NCBI GenBank assembly: GCA_016839445.1
Contig: JAEOUG010000027.1
Location: 1 to 64,000 of the forward strand
Source: Candidatus Thorarchaeota archaeon
GTDB lineage: Archaea; Asgardarchaeota; Thorarchaeia; Thorarchaeales; Thorarchaeaceae
Length of the DNA: 64,000 nt
Reading direction: 5' to 3'
Of this stretch, positions 55,239 through 64,000 are shown one piece after another. The translations under genes and the position numbers were made by a program. A model generated the notes under the pieces. The model made no database searches, was not told where the DNA came from, and saw only the letters and a list, made by a program, of their open reading frames with translations. How positions within the stretch are numbered: position 1 is the first letter of the stretch; each line of letters opens with the position of its first letter.

Positions 55239-57479
55239 TCAATTGGCGTGCACAGGTATCTGTACTATGTATGTAGTCTTGCCTTGGTCAGTGGTGTCGG
55301 ATACAATCAGTGTCCCCCGGAAATGCTCCAAGATCCTGCGAGCGGCGATGACACCCAGACTGCTCCGGCCCCGTACACCGCGATCCAGACGGTCTGGGAT
55401 GGCCTCGATGGGGACTCCTGAAGTCCGTATCGTCACCGCCCAATAGTCATCCTCCACCTGATCTACCAATCTTATCTCTGCCTTGATGGAAACCTTCTCA
55501 ATCCCTTTCTCCAGCGCGATATACAGGATGTTCAGAAACGCGTGGACGAGATGTTGGTCTGCCAAAACCGGACAGTCTGCACGTTCTGGATCGAATTCGA
55601 CAACAACGTTCTCAGAACCGACCTTCTTCGTGAAGTAGTCCAGGGCCGCCACGAACGCGGCTACCAAGTTAACTGGCTCAAGGTCAGCCGTGCGCACGCG
55701 ATCGGTTTCAGTGAGTAGACGAACGTTCTGAATCAGCCGCTCAGCGAAGGAGATGATCTGGCGCCCATCAGCTGCAACTCGAGCCCGCCTGCCAGCAGGT
55801 AGGTCTGTTGAACCGAGAAGCTCGAGAGATGTCATGAGCATCTGATTGTAGTTGGTGACGTCATGCATCAATAGGTCAGCAAAGAGGCTTGAGCGCTCGT
55901 ACAGCTCATTGGATTCATTCAACGCCTTGACGTACAGCCAAGCCAAGATTGGTGGTCCCGCTATTATTCCCATAAGAAGGAGAATCTCAGACACCCACCA
56001 ACCAAGAGTCCAGACTGCGTAGTAGCTCTTCAACACGCTCGGGAGAATCCAGATAGCCAACAAGAGAGCCATGTACAGTGAAGCAGACGTTTCGCCCTTA
56101 GGCCGCTTCGCCAGTAGGAGAATGACATAGGTGAAGGCGAGCATGACAGCCAGACTCAGTACTAGAAGAGCTGCCTCACCAAGTAGGCTGTCGATGTATG
56201 AGGGATTCGTGAGAAGGAAAAGCTGATTCACGGACTCCCCGATTATCGACAGCAAGACACACACACTGAAGGCCGCAAGCATCCTCGTCGTCGAAACCTC
56301 GCGTTTTGGTGGAGATTTCTCATATCTGGCAGCCACATGCAGCAGAACCAAGGTGAGGATGGCCCCCACAATGTAGAGGGCAGTCGGCTCTCCCAGAATC
56401 AGGAACGATGGAGAAACGAAGCTGATCAGAAGAACGACAGAGAGGGATGCCCATAGGCCGAAGATCAGCACCAAGGGGTAGTAAGTCCAAGAGGGCCTAT
56501 ATTTCGAGTAGAGGAACAGCAGAATCGCCATCATCGCAGAAAGAGAGCCGGCTCCAATGTGTATGATGGAGTATGCGAGAAGATTGGCCGCTGGTGGGAT
56601 AAAGCTCAGCCCAGAAGACTCTATTCCAATGGTGATAAGGAGGGGCAGATAGAAGACGAAGACGAGACCGAGGATTAGGCCGTATGCTTGCTGTCTTCCA
56701 TGTCCCATCCTACGTAGATAGGGGGTCCCAGTACCCAGAGATAGAACCACAAATGATGCCATCATCACTGTTTCTGAGAACTCCCAGCCGAATAAGCCAA
56801 ATGTGTGGTAAAGACTGAGCATCAGGACTGAGATCATGAGCATCAGAACACCACTAGCGAAGTATCCTCTGTCCAGAGGCAACTCCTGCGTTCTCATTCG
56901 TGGGAGAAGAAACAGGACCACTAGGAAAAGCATCTCGGCGATGAGTAGCTGAATCCAGATGAAAGCCGTCAACGTGGCCGTGGAAAGAACAGGAAGAACT
57001 GCGAACCATATTATGCCACGCAGGGCAAGCGGCACCATTAGGAAGAGGAGTGCGAATAGCATCGCCCTGCTTGCATGCTCCACGAGCGGCCTTCGTGAAT
57101 AGCACAGCGACAATGCCAAGAGCATGCCTGCCAAGAGCATCATCTCCGCGAGGTCTGCAGCTGTGTTCAACGAAGTATGCTCCACTTCAGGGGCTGGAAG
57201 AAGGAGAAGATTTGTGACCGCCTTTCCGATATGGATGACCACGGGAAAGGCAAAGACAGCAGAGGCAACAAGATGAGAACGAAGTCTAGCGCTTCTGAAA
57301 CTGAGAACTCCGACGACCAGTGGAATAGATATCCAGTATGCAAGCAGGCAGTTGACGCTGACTCTTGTTGCAGGTGAATACGAAACCAAACCTCCTGGCC
57401 CGATTGCCAGTAAGGAACCAATGGTTGCAGAAGGTACGAGCACTAGTACCTTGAGCAAGGCTCGGTGGCTTGGCTTCAT
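55239..57479 (-). CDS. Polytopic membrane sensor with a HisKA H-box and a degenerate ATPase domain
   Basis: About 14 TMs; LLMHDVTNYNQ; AFLNIL; G boxes eroded. Confidence 0.75.
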   Translation of the reverse strand: MKPSHRALLKVLVLVPSATIGSLLAIGPGGLVSYSPATRVSVNCLLAYWISIPLVVGVLSFRSARLRSHLVASAVFAFPVVIHIGKAVTNLLLLPAPEVEHTSLNTAADLAEMMLLAGMLLALSLCYSRRPLVEHASRAMLFALLFLMVPLALRGIIWFAVLPVLSTATLTAFIWIQLLIAEMLFLVVLFLLPRMRTQELPLDRGYFASGVLMLMISVLMLSLYHTFGLFGWEFSETVMMASFVVLSLGTGTPYLRRMGHGRQQAYGLILGLVFVFYLPLLITIGIESSGLSFIPPAANLLAYSIIHIGAGSLSAMMAILLFLYSKYRPSWTYYPLVLIFGLWASLSVVLLISFVSPSFLILGEPTALYIVGAILTLVLLHVAARYEKSPPKREVSTTRMLAAFSVCVLLSIIGESVNQLFLLTNPSYIDSLLGEAALLVLSLAVMLAFTYVILLLAKRPKGETSASLYMALLLAIWILPSVLKSYYAVWTLGWWVSEILLLMGIIAGPPILAWLYVKALNESNELYERSSLFADLLMHDVTNYNQMLMTSLELLGSTDLPAGRRARVAADGRQIISFAERLIQNVRLLTETDRVRTADLEPVNLVAAFVAALDYFTKKVGSENVVVEFDPERADCPVLADQHLVHAFLNILYIALEKGIEKVSIKAEIRLVDQVEDDYWAVTIRTSGVPIEAIPDRLDRGVRGRSSLGVIAARRILEHFRGTLIVSDTTDQGKTTYIVQIPVHAN

Positions 57480-57612
57480 TGTCACTCCTCGAGGATTGTT
57501 ATGGAGTATAGAGAAAAGCATTCCTTGACTATATGTCTGCTTGTCGTTCATACACAATTGGCCATGGCGATGGCCGAAAAGCACTATAAGTAGACGGCTA
57601 GCCAGCAGAAGT

Positions 57613-58824
57613 ATGATTGAGGTTCGTGAAGCCAGAGAAGAAGACAGAAACTCCGCAGTCAGACTGATGTGGAAGGCATTTGATGCAGCATCCAACCTTG
57701 ACGACGTCAGGAGCCAGGATTGGATTAACCGATGGAACTCGCCAAAGACTAATGATTGGGCCTATGTTGCCACAGATGACGGGAGAGTGGTGGCAAACCT
57801 TGCCTTCTTCGCCACAAAGGCGGAGGACCAGACAATCAGAGGCCGGCCACTCCGATTTGCGGGTGTTTGGGCGGTCGCAACAGACCCTGCCTACAGAAGG
57901 AGAGGGCTAGTCAGGAGGCTCTTCGAGGAGTCGCTGCCGAGGATGAGAGAGGAAGGTGCGAGTCTCTCGATACTTGATCCGTTCTACCGACCCTTCTACG
58001 AGAAGTTCGGATATGCCCTGGCAGAAACACGAATGAAGCATACTCTGAAACGAGACCAGATTCGCGTAGGCCCGAAGAGAACAGACGTGGTGGCAAGAGA
58101 GGCAACAAGCGAGGACTTCCCGGCGCTTCATGACATTGAAACAAGCATGGCAAGGTTCGGATCCCGCTTCTACACAAATCCTTCAACCTTCGACTACTTC
58201 ATCAAGAGTGGCCATCTCCACATACTTGAAGACTCCTCAGGCCCAGTCGCCACCATATGGTTCCGGTTCGCCAGAGGAGACAACTACGCCCAAGGTGAAC
58301 CGGGCTACAGCATCACAGCAGGCTGTACTAGATACAAGTCCGATGATGTGTTCCCGTCCATCGTGGAGCTAGTGAGGAACTACTCGGTCAATGCCAGCAA
58401 AGTGACATGGTGGACAGATCCAGACGCTCCCGTCAGACATTACCTTGCAGACATACATACATCACAGACACAGGCGATTGGCTCAATGATGATGAGGGTC
58501 GTGGATTTCGAGGATTACTGTCAGAGCATTGCCATTCCTGAAAGCGCTAGTGAAGGCGTGACCATGGAGCTGAGTGATGACCACTGCCCGTGGAATAATG
58601 GAACCTACAGACTAGTACCGACGGACGGAAGGCTTGAGGCCCAGAGGAGCGACAAAGAACCAGACATCAAGCTCACAGCGTTTCATCTATCTGAACTCAT
58701 TGGAGGGCAAACGCCTCCCACACTCTTGAGGTCACTTGGTAGTATCGTCTGCAGTCAGGGTACTGCTCGGAGGTTGGACTCAATCTTTCCTCCAGACAAC
58801 TTCGTTTCATATGTGAGGTTCTAG
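57613..58824 (+). CDS. Eis-like acetyltransferase (GNAT-GNAT-SCP2)
   Basis: VATDPAYRRRGL, FYEKFGY, MMRVVD, DDHCPWNNG, terminal Phe. Confidence 0.9.
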   Translation: MIEVREAREEDRNSAVRLMWKAFDAASNLDDVRSQDWINRWNSPKTNDWAYVATDDGRVVANLAFFATKAEDQTIRGRPLRFAGVWAVATDPAYRRRGLVRRLFEESLPRMREEGASLSILDPFYRPFYEKFGYALAETRMKHTLKRDQIRVGPKRTDVVAREATSEDFPALHDIETSMARFGSRFYTNPSTFDYFIKSGHLHILEDSSGPVATIWFRFARGDNYAQGEPGYSITAGCTRYKSDDVFPSIVELVRNYSVNASKVTWWTDPDAPVRHYLADIHTSQTQAIGSMMMRVVDFEDYCQSIAIPESASEGVTMELSDDHCPWNNGTYRLVPTDGRLEAQRSDKEPDIKLTAFHLSELIGGQTPPTLLRSLGSIVCSQGTARRLDSIFPPDNFVSYVRF

Positions 58825-58836
58825 CACGGCCATTGA

Positions 58837-60057
58837 CTAGAAGAACGTGGGACCTCCCTCGTACTGGTGTTTGGGCGGTTCCATGTTTGCTGTTTGGTCG
58901 GCTGAGAGAATCTCGACAAGCTTGTACTTGCTTGATCCAAGACCCATTTTCTCACCATACTGGGCCACGCGGTATGGGTCCTTCATGGGGCCATGAATCA
59001 GCTGGAATGGATGCAGCCTAGCTGAGAGATTCGGATTGACTCGCATGTACTTCTCGGGAATTCTAGCCAAGACGTCTCTGTTCAATCCAACCTTCCTGAT
59101 GAGGTCAAGACTTGCCGTGTCTACTGCTACTATGTCCCGACTGGCCGCGATTCCCACATCATCTATGACTGACGGCATAGCCATACCCATGCAGTCGCAA
59201 AAGGGTGTGATGTCAAGCATGAAGTTGATGTGGAAAACCTTGGAGCTCTCAAAGCTGTCGAGAATGATCTTGGCTGCCGCGGCCATGATCTCCTGAAACG
59301 CATCGAAGTTCTCCTGCTTCACTGTCCAGCCAGTTAGTCCTCCATCTGCATCCTCGCAGAGCTTCTTGCCGCCGTGGCACTGGTCGCAGTCATAGAACAT
59401 GAGAGATGCTTTCTCAGTAGTTTCATTCCATTGAGGCGCGTTCCTGGGACAAGCCGCCTTGATCGTCTCCAGGTGCTCCTTGGTCATCTTGGACTCGTCG
59501 AAGTACTTATCGCGATGCACAATGCCATGAATTGTCTGCCAGCGTGTGGGACCGCTGTAGCCGCCCAGAGCGATGTTCTTGAAGGCACCCCCGTAACCAC
59601 AGGATCCATGTCCCTTTGAGTGTGTCAGATTGATGAGAACGTCAGCATCTAGCAGAACACCGGCAGCGTTCAGGCTTGTGATGCCCTCCACTTCGACCTT
59701 CTTCTTCTTCACGTACTTGTCTTTCACGCCAGCAACAGGGATAATAGGACATCCACAGGTCTCAGCAGTGTAACCCCTCTCAGCCGCTTGATAGACAGCT
59801 GTTGGGTTGTCAGTAACAAAGGGGAAGGCCCCCTGTTCCTTGATAGCCTCCACAATCCTGCGCACGAAGAAGACAGGGACAGTCTGATATCCGTCATTGA
59901 AGCCCAGGTGCATCTTGACGGCCACCTTGTCCCTTTTCTCAATCGTGCTGAAGTCCAGCATTTCGAGTATCTTGTCCAGCTTTTCGCTCATGTTGGCGAA
60001 TCTAGAAGTCACTCCAGAAATCAACGAACCGTAGTATACCTCAGGAACACTAGCCAT
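58837..60057 (-). CDS. DUF362 Fe-S domain protein
   Basis: VAVKMHLG, THSKGH...GGAFKNIALG, DITPFCDC, ASRDIVAVD. Confidence 0.88.
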   Translation of the reverse strand: MASVPEVYYGSLISGVTSRFANMSEKLDKILEMLDFSTIEKRDKVAVKMHLGFNDGYQTVPVFFVRRIVEAIKEQGAFPFVTDNPTAVYQAAERGYTAETCGCPIIPVAGVKDKYVKKKKVEVEGITSLNAAGVLLDADVLINLTHSKGHGSCGYGGAFKNIALGGYSGPTRWQTIHGIVHRDKYFDESKMTKEHLETIKAACPRNAPQWNETTEKASLMFYDCDQCHGGKKLCEDADGGLTGWTVKQENFDAFQEIMAAAAKIILDSFESSKVFHINFMLDITPFCDCMGMAMPSVIDDVGIAASRDIVAVDTASLDLIRKVGLNRDVLARIPEKYMRVNPNLSARLHPFQLIHGPMKDPYRVAQYGEKMGLGSSKYKLVEILSADQTANMEPPKHQYEGGPTFF

Positions 60058-60143
60058 CTCTCATTGCCTCACTGCTGCTTTGGGGAGATGAGGAAGTATC
60101 TGTGGACTATATGAGATTGTCCATTCACGAACGTTAAGCGATT

Positions 60144-60184
60144 AAGAAAAACAAGAGGCACGAGTAGCCTGCTGGCCACTCGTG
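60144..60184 (-). terminator. Hairpin plus U-tract downstream of SSB paralogue 2
   Basis: Minus strand CACGAGTGGCC-AGCA-GGCTACTCGTG, then TTGTTTTTCTT. Confidence 0.65.
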
Positions 60185-60202
60185 TATGTGTGCTGGAACG
60201 AA

Positions 60203-60772
60203 TTAGTATCTTCTGCGTCTATCACGACCACCGTAGCCGCCACTGCGACCACGATCACGGTCACGGCCGCCGTAGCCACCGCCACCGCCACCGCCGCCGT
60301 CACGGTAGCCACCGCCACCGCCACCGCCGCCTCTGCTGCCGCCATAGCTTCCGCCGCCACCTCTTCGGCCGCCGAAACCACCGCGTCTGCGTGTGTCCTC
60401 GTGCTCCTCTGCGCTCATGTCGTTCTCCATGTTGACTTCCTCGATGGCTTCCTCAGCCTGGCTGAGCTCACCATACTTGCCAACATTAAGACGGAGATTT
60501 CCGCGGAAGAGACCGGTGTATCCATTACGCAAGGTGTAGGTACCACCTTCTTCAACGCTGTCAATAGCCTCATCCCAGAGGGGAACCGCGACACAACCTG
60601 TCGTGTCTCCGACAATGGCATCAAGTACTCGATGCGACGTGTTGTCATTTCTAGAGGTAACCTCGCGTTCCTCGCCCTTCTCGACCACCTTGAAGGTGAT
60701 GATCAAGTTCTTCATTCGTGGCTTCAACTCAGCCACAGTAGCCTCAATTGGCTCTCTTTCTTCGTAGCTCAT
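60203..60772 (-). CDS. ssb: Single-OB-fold SSB/RPA-like protein with a Gly/RGG-rich tail, paralogue 2
   Basis: N-terminus MSYEEREPIEATVAELKPRMKN is nearly identical to 4439-4930; long G/R/Y tail. Confidence 0.88.
   Translation of the reverse strand: MSYEEREPIEATVAELKPRMKNLIITFKVVEKGEEREVTSRNDNTSHRVLDAIVGDTTGCVAVPLWDEAIDSVEEGGTYTLRNGYTGLFRGNLRLNVGKYGELSQAEEAIEEVNMENDMSAEEHEDTRRRGGFGGRRGGGGSYGGSRGGGGGGGGYRDGGGGGGGGYGGRDRDRGRSGGYGGRDRRRRY
60272..60331. repeat. 27-nt direct repeat (33-nt period) encoding the poly-Gly-Tyr tail
   Basis: GTAGCCACCGCCACCGCCACCGCCGCC at 60272 and 60305. Confidence 0.8.
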
Positions 60773-60922
60773 TGTGTTTTCTCTCACTTTGAGTTTGCAG
60801 GTGCTCAAAACTAGCGATTCTTCGTGGACTCTGCGAATCGGGATATGGTTCCACTCACGCGATCTAGAAAGGACCTCTTGCTTGGTATGCCTGCAGGATT
60901 TCCTCAATTACAATGCCTTAAG
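60773..60922 (-). promoter_or_regulatory. TATA-like box and long conserved structured 5' leader of SSB paralogue 2
   Basis: CTTAAGG (60916-60922), followed by the same ordered motifs as 4931-5068. Confidence 0.65.
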
Positions 60923-61125
60923 AACTTGTGTAAGGAGCCATAAGAGGCCAAAACTGCAACCACTGACAGCGAGAAGAACACGCACGACCTAACCAGATTT
61001 CTTAATTAGCCCACGTGCAAGACCAATGCCAAGTTCGCGTGGTCTGAATCAACGTTAGGTACTGGTGACTTGGTATACGTCAGTTCTATCTGTTGACTCG
61101 GCCTCGCAGAGGGAGGTATAGGAAC

Positions 61126-63684
61126 TTGCGCGCCAAATCGGCAATAAAAGAGAAAATCCTGTGTTCACTCCTCATTGCCCTACTTGTTGCTAGCTTTGGA
61201 AGTACCGTGGCAATCAGGAGTTCGGTACCAGTGGCCCAAGCATTGCCAGACCGTGTAGATCAGGGCACGACAGCTGCGGGCCTAGATCTCTATGTTGATG
61301 AAGAACTAACATGCTTCATAGAGGACTGGCCGGACACGGCCACCAGTGCAGGCGTCGAAAACGTTGCCAACATAGTTGGAGAACCTGACGGCCTGATGAT
61401 GAATATGGTTGCGAGTACAACCTTCGAGTATGCCTTACTGAAGGTAAACGGCTCCATCATGAGCGACTACATGTGGTTGAGAGGGTGTGTCGATACAGGT
61501 GGCGCTCACACGACACTGATGGTATACAGCTGGATGGACCCGTATACCGAGCCTGACCTTTCAAAGGTCTATGAGTCTAGCCCTGAGATTCGCCAGGAGT
61601 GGAATTGGCTGGCCTATCTCGTCACACCGGAAGGTGATTTCCTCGTTGAGTATTCAAACACCTCAATCGAGTACATCCTGCTTGTGGGTCTATCTGATGC
61701 GCCCGGACTTGGTACGTGGCATAGCTTCGACGCCATCGAGATTCATGGATACACGAATGTCATGGCAGACGAGGAGAACAATGGCATACCTGATATCTGG
61801 GAGTATCCGCAAGTAGTGATGAACGAGTCATCGGTCGAAGTGGACCTCTTCGGTCACACGTGGGGGGTCATGGGTCTCGTTGGAGTAGCCGCAGAGGGTA
61901 GCACAAACCTCGATTTCCTCACGCCCTTCATCAAACTGGGCGTTGTAGACCCCGAGGATGTTGATGAGTCCCACTTCTATGTGATATGCCAGTGTGAACT
62001 CACGACGGACTGGAACGGAACAGAAGATGAGGACCGATGGTTCTACTACGAGTTCCTGGAGTCATATGACCTGATGAACTGGACGTATATTCAGGGCAAC
62101 GCCACCATAAGAGACGCAGTTGATGATGCGTTTGGGAAGTACTTGGGCATCGACGGTAGGATTCGCACATACCATGTCATAGACTACACAGTTGATGGGA
62201 CCTTCGACCCACACGATTACTATGGCTCGCAGGGTCAGATCAATGCGGAGTACAATACACTGGATGTGAAGACAAACACACCCAGCACAGCTCAGGAGAA
62301 GTTCGACCTTGACGTCAGCATAGTGCTCGACATCGTCGAGAACGTGATGGACGCGGTGATGGTCGGTGGCGACATGACGAAGCAGTTCATGAGCAAGCTA
62401 ATCGGGTTCATTCAGGGTAAGATGCTTGATGGCATCGGCAAGGAACTCCTTGAGAAGATTACGAAGAAGGCTCTCAAGACAGCTCTGAAAGCAATCATAT
62501 CGTTCACGACAATCAAGGACATCGTGGTTAAAGGTTCAAAGATCCTAGAGAAGCTCGGAGTCACACTTCCCGACTGGCTCAGGAAGGCCCGTGACTTCGT
62601 GGAGAGCATACCCTTCATAGACCCGCCAGTTGAAATCTGGAGAGTCAGACTGACCTTTGTCAATGAAACGACAGGACTACCTATTCTTGGCTATGACTAC
62701 ATCAACAATGTGACAATAGACACGCACCCGCAGGGGATATACTTCGGGGACACCTACAGCGCCCAGGTGATCATTTCATCTAGGGACATATTCCCCGTCA
62801 TAGGTAGAATCCAATCAGTGAACGGATCACGAACCCTGACTGGCAACCTGTACGTTGAGGACTTCGGCCTGCTAGAGGCCACCAGAGCTCGGTCATCCTT
62901 GGAGCCGGGTGAGGCTGCTCACGGCCGCATGTATACCATACCACCAGACGGATCTGTTGTCATTAGCCAGTGCCAGATATCGGTTGCTTCCAGTCTCCCC
63001 TCTACCGTGGAGATAGGAGGGCAGTTCAACGTCTCTCTGTCCGTAAGCGATGAGAACGGGACGCTAATGTCCGACGTCGCGCTCTTGCGGGCGGCGATTA
63101 ACAACATGCCCAATGAGATGGTTGAGCTACCTGCAACCCCGGAGGTCGATGGAACATTCACCCTCATGGTGGACACTGGAACACTCGGTGTGTCACCAGA
63201 CGACCACATGATTGCAGCTCTCTACAAGCCAGCTACTATGTTCCATGACTACTGGAACTTCACCTTCGTGCTTGACGACACCGTGGCACCCACAATACAG
63301 AATGTGACTGCCACGTTCAGTGAAGACGGAAGCACCGTCATCTTCAGCGCGAGGGTGACCGACTACGACCTCAACATCAGCAGTGTGATGCTGAAGACCA
63401 TCGATGGCTCCACGGACCCGCTGCTTGCCGTGACACACACAATGACATACAACGGAAGTCACTTCGTCGCCAATCTAGCATCTTCGGAATTCAGTGCCAA
63501 TATGATCTACTACCGAGTTCAGGCATCTGACAATTCCGGGAACGATGCCCAGTCGGCTCTTGCATCAATAAGACGGGGTGGGCTTTCTGAGCTCGGACCT
63601 CTTACCATTGCAATAGCAGCTGGAGTCGGGATTATAGCCGTGGCAGGGATTGGTTTCTACATGATGAGACGTCCAGGACGGTAG
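61126..63684 (+). CDS. Large secreted, C-terminally anchored surface protein
   Basis: Signal peptide; acidic beta-rich domains; DTVAPTI Ig-like stalk; terminal TM then RRPGR; TTG start after GGAGG. Confidence 0.8.
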   Translation: MRAKSAIKEKILCSLLIALLVASFGSTVAIRSSVPVAQALPDRVDQGTTAAGLDLYVDEELTCFIEDWPDTATSAGVENVANIVGEPDGLMMNMVASTTFEYALLKVNGSIMSDYMWLRGCVDTGGAHTTLMVYSWMDPYTEPDLSKVYESSPEIRQEWNWLAYLVTPEGDFLVEYSNTSIEYILLVGLSDAPGLGTWHSFDAIEIHGYTNVMADEENNGIPDIWEYPQVVMNESSVEVDLFGHTWGVMGLVGVAAEGSTNLDFLTPFIKLGVVDPEDVDESHFYVICQCELTTDWNGTEDEDRWFYYEFLESYDLMNWTYIQGNATIRDAVDDAFGKYLGIDGRIRTYHVIDYTVDGTFDPHDYYGSQGQINAEYNTLDVKTNTPSTAQEKFDLDVSIVLDIVENVMDAVMVGGDMTKQFMSKLIGFIQGKMLDGIGKELLEKITKKALKTALKAIISFTTIKDIVVKGSKILEKLGVTLPDWLRKARDFVESIPFIDPPVEIWRVRLTFVNETTGLPILGYDYINNVTIDTHPQGIYFGDTYSAQVIISSRDIFPVIGRIQSVNGSRTLTGNLYVEDFGLLEATRARSSLEPGEAAHGRMYTIPPDGSVVISQCQISVASSLPSTVEIGGQFNVSLSVSDENGTLMSDVALLRAAINNMPNEMVELPATPEVDGTFTLMVDTGTLGVSPDDHMIAALYKPATMFHDYWNFTFVLDDTVAPTIQNVTATFSEDGSTVIFSARVTDYDLNISSVMLKTIDGSTDPLLAVTHTMTYNGSHFVANLASSEFSANMIYYRVQASDNSGNDAQSALASIRRGGLSELGPLTIAIAAGVGIIAVAGIGFYMMRRPGR

Positions 63685-63706
63685 ATCAAGGCATCCAGAA
63701 CACCCA

Positions 63707-63747
63707 GGACAAGGGGCATGTATCGTCTCTTGTCCCCTTCTCTTTCT
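63707..63747 (+). terminator. Hairpin plus pyrimidine tract between convergent genes
   Basis: GGACAAGGGGC-7nt-GTCTCTTGTCC, then CCTTCTCTTTCT. Confidence 0.55.
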
Positions 63748-63783
63748 GGTCACCTTTGAAGCCGATGATCCGCAGCTCCGCGT

Positions 63784-63999
63784 TTATTCAATGCGAGATT
63801 TCATTCCATCGTACTCTCGGGCACGGTCTTCAACATCATTGTCAATCAGGTAGCGGGCATAATCAAGATAGTCAAACCAGTCGACTGCCTCAACAAGCCC
63901 CTGCTTTGTCAAGCCATACTGCAAGAAGCCCCACATGGAGAAGAAGAATATGAGCATGAACTTCATCCCTGCCAGTCTTAGACGATGCTTGGCAGTACT
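63784..63999 (-). CDS. 3' end of a hypothetical gene running off the window
   Basis: The frame is open to the window edge and ends with TAA at 63784. Confidence 0.5.
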   Translation of the reverse strand, partial: STAKHRLRLAGMKFMLIFFFSMWGFLQYGLTKQGLVEAVDWFDYLDYARYLIDNDVEDRAREYDGMKSRIE

Positions 64000-64000
64000 A

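Noticed and set aside
60182-60814. 210-aa Ala/Thr-rich ORF on the + strand, and similar short ORFs nearby
   Set aside because: Antisense shadow of the Gly/Arg-rich SSB tail; GCC/ACC repeats simply lack stops
1-64000. Mobile elements, prophage, defence island, or Sec/Pyl read-through genes
   Set aside because: No transposase, integrase, terminal repeats or recognisable defence genes; no gene appeared interrupted by an in-frame TGA/TAG, although this was not tested exhaustively

Overview
Gene-dense archaeal chromosomal segment with about 58 CDS and no rRNA, tRNA, CRISPR array or transposase recognised. The gene repertoire suggests an Asgard archaeon, probably Thorarchaeia-like; this is inference, as no marker gene is present. 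It includes TATA-type promoters, cofC/cofD, single-OB SSBs, PAS kinases with an xHDxxNxNQ-type H-box, and large C-terminally anchored surface proteins. Other contents: TldD/TldE, dodecin, a tandem PRC-barrel protein, thiolase, an acyl-CoA ligase/FabH-like/MaoC operon, an F420 operon with an FbiB-C/FbiE-like nitroreductase, four GNATs, several transporters and many DNA-repair-like genes (double-length UvrA, AlkD-like, degenerate Fpg/Nei, PARP-type zinc finger). The most striking unexplained signal concerns two SSB-like OB-fold paralogues with RGG/Gly tails, 55 kb apart. They share a ~115-130 nt 5' leader with the same ordered motifs and an enclosing GCAGG/CCTGC stem, making it a candidate new cis-regulatory RNA. 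A third copy of the same OB fold is fused to a GNAT acetyltransferase. All calls come from reading the sequence by eye; no database searches were run.
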